Source: a virus
Length of the DNA: 64,000 bases
Virus genome (UHGV): UHGV-0294963
Direction: 5' to 3' (one strand)
The position numbers were made by a program, and so were the translations under genes. Shown here one piece after another: positions 62,579-64,000 of this stretch (positions within the stretch are counted from its first letter, which is position 1; every line of letters starts with the position of its first letter). The notes below the pieces were generated by a model. It worked only from the letters and a program-made list of their open reading frames with translations, was not told the origin of the DNA and searched no databases.

Positions 62579-62912
62579 GACTTGTCATCTCCTCATAATC
62601 CTCTGGGTTATACTTCTTCATCCATTCACCAAGAATTGCTGTAGCCTCCTTCTGAGACAGATTAAATCTCTCTTCTAGGTAAGGAGCTGCACAGAACATA
62701 TTGGTAATTCCAGACCTGCGTAACTTTTCCAGAAATATCCAGTATTTATTCTGAGTCACCAGGAACACCTCCCCGCCTATACTCAGCTTTGTGCGGTACC
62801 TCGCAGTCATCTTGTGTGAATAGAAATACAGGTTCTTGATTTTCGGTGGTGTATAGATACGCAGGCTTTTCGACCACGGTGTAGCGAGCATGGCAATCGA
62901 ACGCGAACGCAA
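62556..62912 (-). CDS. hypothetical protein
   Basis: 118 aa ORF. Confidence 0.4.
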   Translation of the reverse strand: MRSRSIAMLATPWSKSLRIYTPPKIKNLYFYSHKMTARYRTKLSIGGEVFLVTQNKYWIFLEKLRRSGITNMFCAAPYLEERFNLSQKEATAILGEWMKKYNPEDYEEMTSHGEEFLS

Positions 62913-63201
62913 TCTCCCTGTCTGCTATCTCAGGATTCTGCTCAATCATTTCGGTCAGAAATTCTGCCAAGTCTTTGACAGTCAGATTCTGAGAGTGTGG
63001 TACAGGACCGGGTACTTGGTCATTCCAAGCTTCAATAGCCATCGCGTCGGTACCATTTACTACTCTAGGACCTTCATGATTACACGCACCGCATTTTACC
63101 CAACGGTACCAGCAGAAAGGACCTTTTGTTGCGCAAAGTAACGGTAACTCTGCTCTACATTCGGGGCAAGGCTTAGTTGCAGAATTTTCAAATGGACTCA
63201 T
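62746..63201 (-). CDS. hypothetical protein with N-terminal zinc ribbon
   Basis: Contains CPECRAEL...CGACNHEG. Overlaps the previous ORF out of frame over a long stretch, so one of the two N-termini is probably wrong. Confidence 0.4.
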   Translation of the reverse strand: MSPFENSATKPCPECRAELPLLCATKGPFCWYRWVKCGACNHEGPRVVNGTDAMAIEAWNDQVPGPVPHSQNLTVKDLAEFLTEMIEQNPEIADREIAFAFDCHARYTVVEKPAYLYTTENQEPVFLFTQDDCEVPHKAEYRRGGVPGDSE

Positions 63202-63212
63202 GTTTAATCTCC

Positions 63213-63959
63213 TTATATGACCAGACAGCCAGTTCTAGAACATACTGCTTTCTGAAAGTCACTTCTACTCAACTCCGTTTTCTCGTGATATTTCGCTTCC
63301 GCAAACATCTGGTCGATTACGTCGACGAATTCGCAGGGGAAAGACCGGTCACTCATAGGACCGTAGATAATCTGCAGTAGAAATTCCTTATCTACATCCT
63401 TAGAATATGAAATATCGAATGCTCTAGCATAGTCATCTAAGATAGATAGAGCACAATCACCGAGGTAACACTCTAGAATAGGTTTAACACCAATGCGAGT
63501 AAATCTACGCACCAGAGCCTTATCTGCAGACAAGTGTTCCTCGAATTCTGTATCTGTTGTGGCAGTAATTACGCTAAACTCACCTCGTGCTAAGGCAGGC
63601 TTCAGCAAATTAGCAGCGGACACAGCACCTTCTGCTTCACCAAGAGACGTGAGCGTGTGAGCTTCATCGATAAATAGAACTACCCTTCGTTTGAGCTTTC
63701 CTAATTCATGGATAATTGTCTGGAGTCTCTCTTCGAAATCACCACGGAACTTCGCACCACCGAGTATATCACCACAGGACAGTTCATAAATCATCGGTAA
63801 ACCCGGACTTAGCAGTGATAGCGGTTCGCAGTCAGAATCTTTAATCCAGTTCCGATATAGCATGTTTTCCAGCTTTTGTGCTAAGCCTTCCACTATAGAC
63901 GTCTTGCCGCAGCCTGTGGCGCCTGTAAGCATGATATTCGGTTTGGTTTGTCTGAACAA
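63213..63959 (-). CDS. Clp/Hsp100-type AAA+ ATPase, single D1-like domain
   Basis: Walker A is LTGATGCGKTSIVEGLAQ. GAKFRGDFEERLQTII, Walker B LFIDEAH and AVSAANLLKPALARGEF...ITATT...RRF align closely with the ClpA/ClpB D1 domain (recalled sequence). The N-terminus may extend beyond the ORF-table start. Confidence 0.7.
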   Translation of the reverse strand: MFRQTKPNIMLTGATGCGKTSIVEGLAQKLENMLYRNWIKDSDCEPLSLLSPGLPMIYELSCGDILGGAKFRGDFEERLQTIIHELGKLKRRVVLFIDEAHTLTSLGEAEGAVSAANLLKPALARGEFSVITATTDTEFEEHLSADKALVRRFTRIGVKPILECYLGDCALSILDDYARAFDISYSKDVDKEFLLQIIYGPMSDRSFPCEFVDVIDQMFAEAKYHEKTELSRSDFQKAVCSRTGCLVI

Positions 63960-64000
63960 AGCAATCTGAATTTTCTCAATTTCAGCATCTCTAGCGTAGC

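Overview
This 64 kb window appears to come from a large tailed dsDNA phage with a contractile tail (myovirus-like), probably infecting a Gram-positive/Firmicutes-type host. The host inference is weak: nearly every gene has a strong GGAGG Shine-Dalgarno site, the repeated promoters have an extended -10 (TGnTATAAT), and there is a BspA-type leucine-rich-repeat fibre protein. Organisation: positions 1-2200 on the + strand hold the C-terminal end of a family A DNA polymerase and four small ORFs, ending at a strong bidirectional hairpin terminator (~2211-2248). Everything from 2379 to 64000 is transcribed on the - strand and converges on that terminator. In - strand transcription order the window contains three blocks. 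(i) An early/middle block (63.9 -> 27 kb) of more than 60 mostly small ORFs. Recognisable products are a Clp-type AAA+ D1-domain ATPase, a tRNA-Gln(UUG), a DUF3310-like protein, a divergent ThyX-like protein, an HD-domain hydrolase, a radical SAM enzyme, NAD-dependent DNA ligase, dUTPase and a GIY-YIG homing endonuclease. (ii) A block at 27 -> 17.8 kb with a 784 aa highly acidic protein, an LRR receptor-binding candidate and unknowns. (iii) A late structural block (17.8 -> 2.4 kb): large terminase, portal, scaffold/protease candidate, major capsid protein, neck proteins, tail sheath, an HU-like DNA-binding protein, tail tube candidate and a 735 aa virion protein. The most striking non-coding feature is a conserved ~55 bp promoter-like element, AACTTCGT-N16/17-TGTTATAATATAGATACAATAAAACA in the direction of transcription. 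At least 29 copies were found in front of individual early genes, and in a few ORF-table entries it is translated as a false N-terminus (CYNIDTIKH). Three other intergenic repeat families were seen (AGCGTGCT-type inverted sites; TTTTGCTTAAATGCA inverted repeats; GAGTTC/GAACTC stem elements), along with several clean intrinsic terminators and a G-quadruplex/iteron-rich 600 bp non-coding region. At protein level, an LN[S/C]S tetrapeptide is massively over-represented in virion proteins, including the capsid propeptide and eight copies in the 784 aa acidic protein; I interpret it as the recognition site of a head-maturation protease. Manually derived coordinates of non-ORF elements may be off by a few nucleotides.
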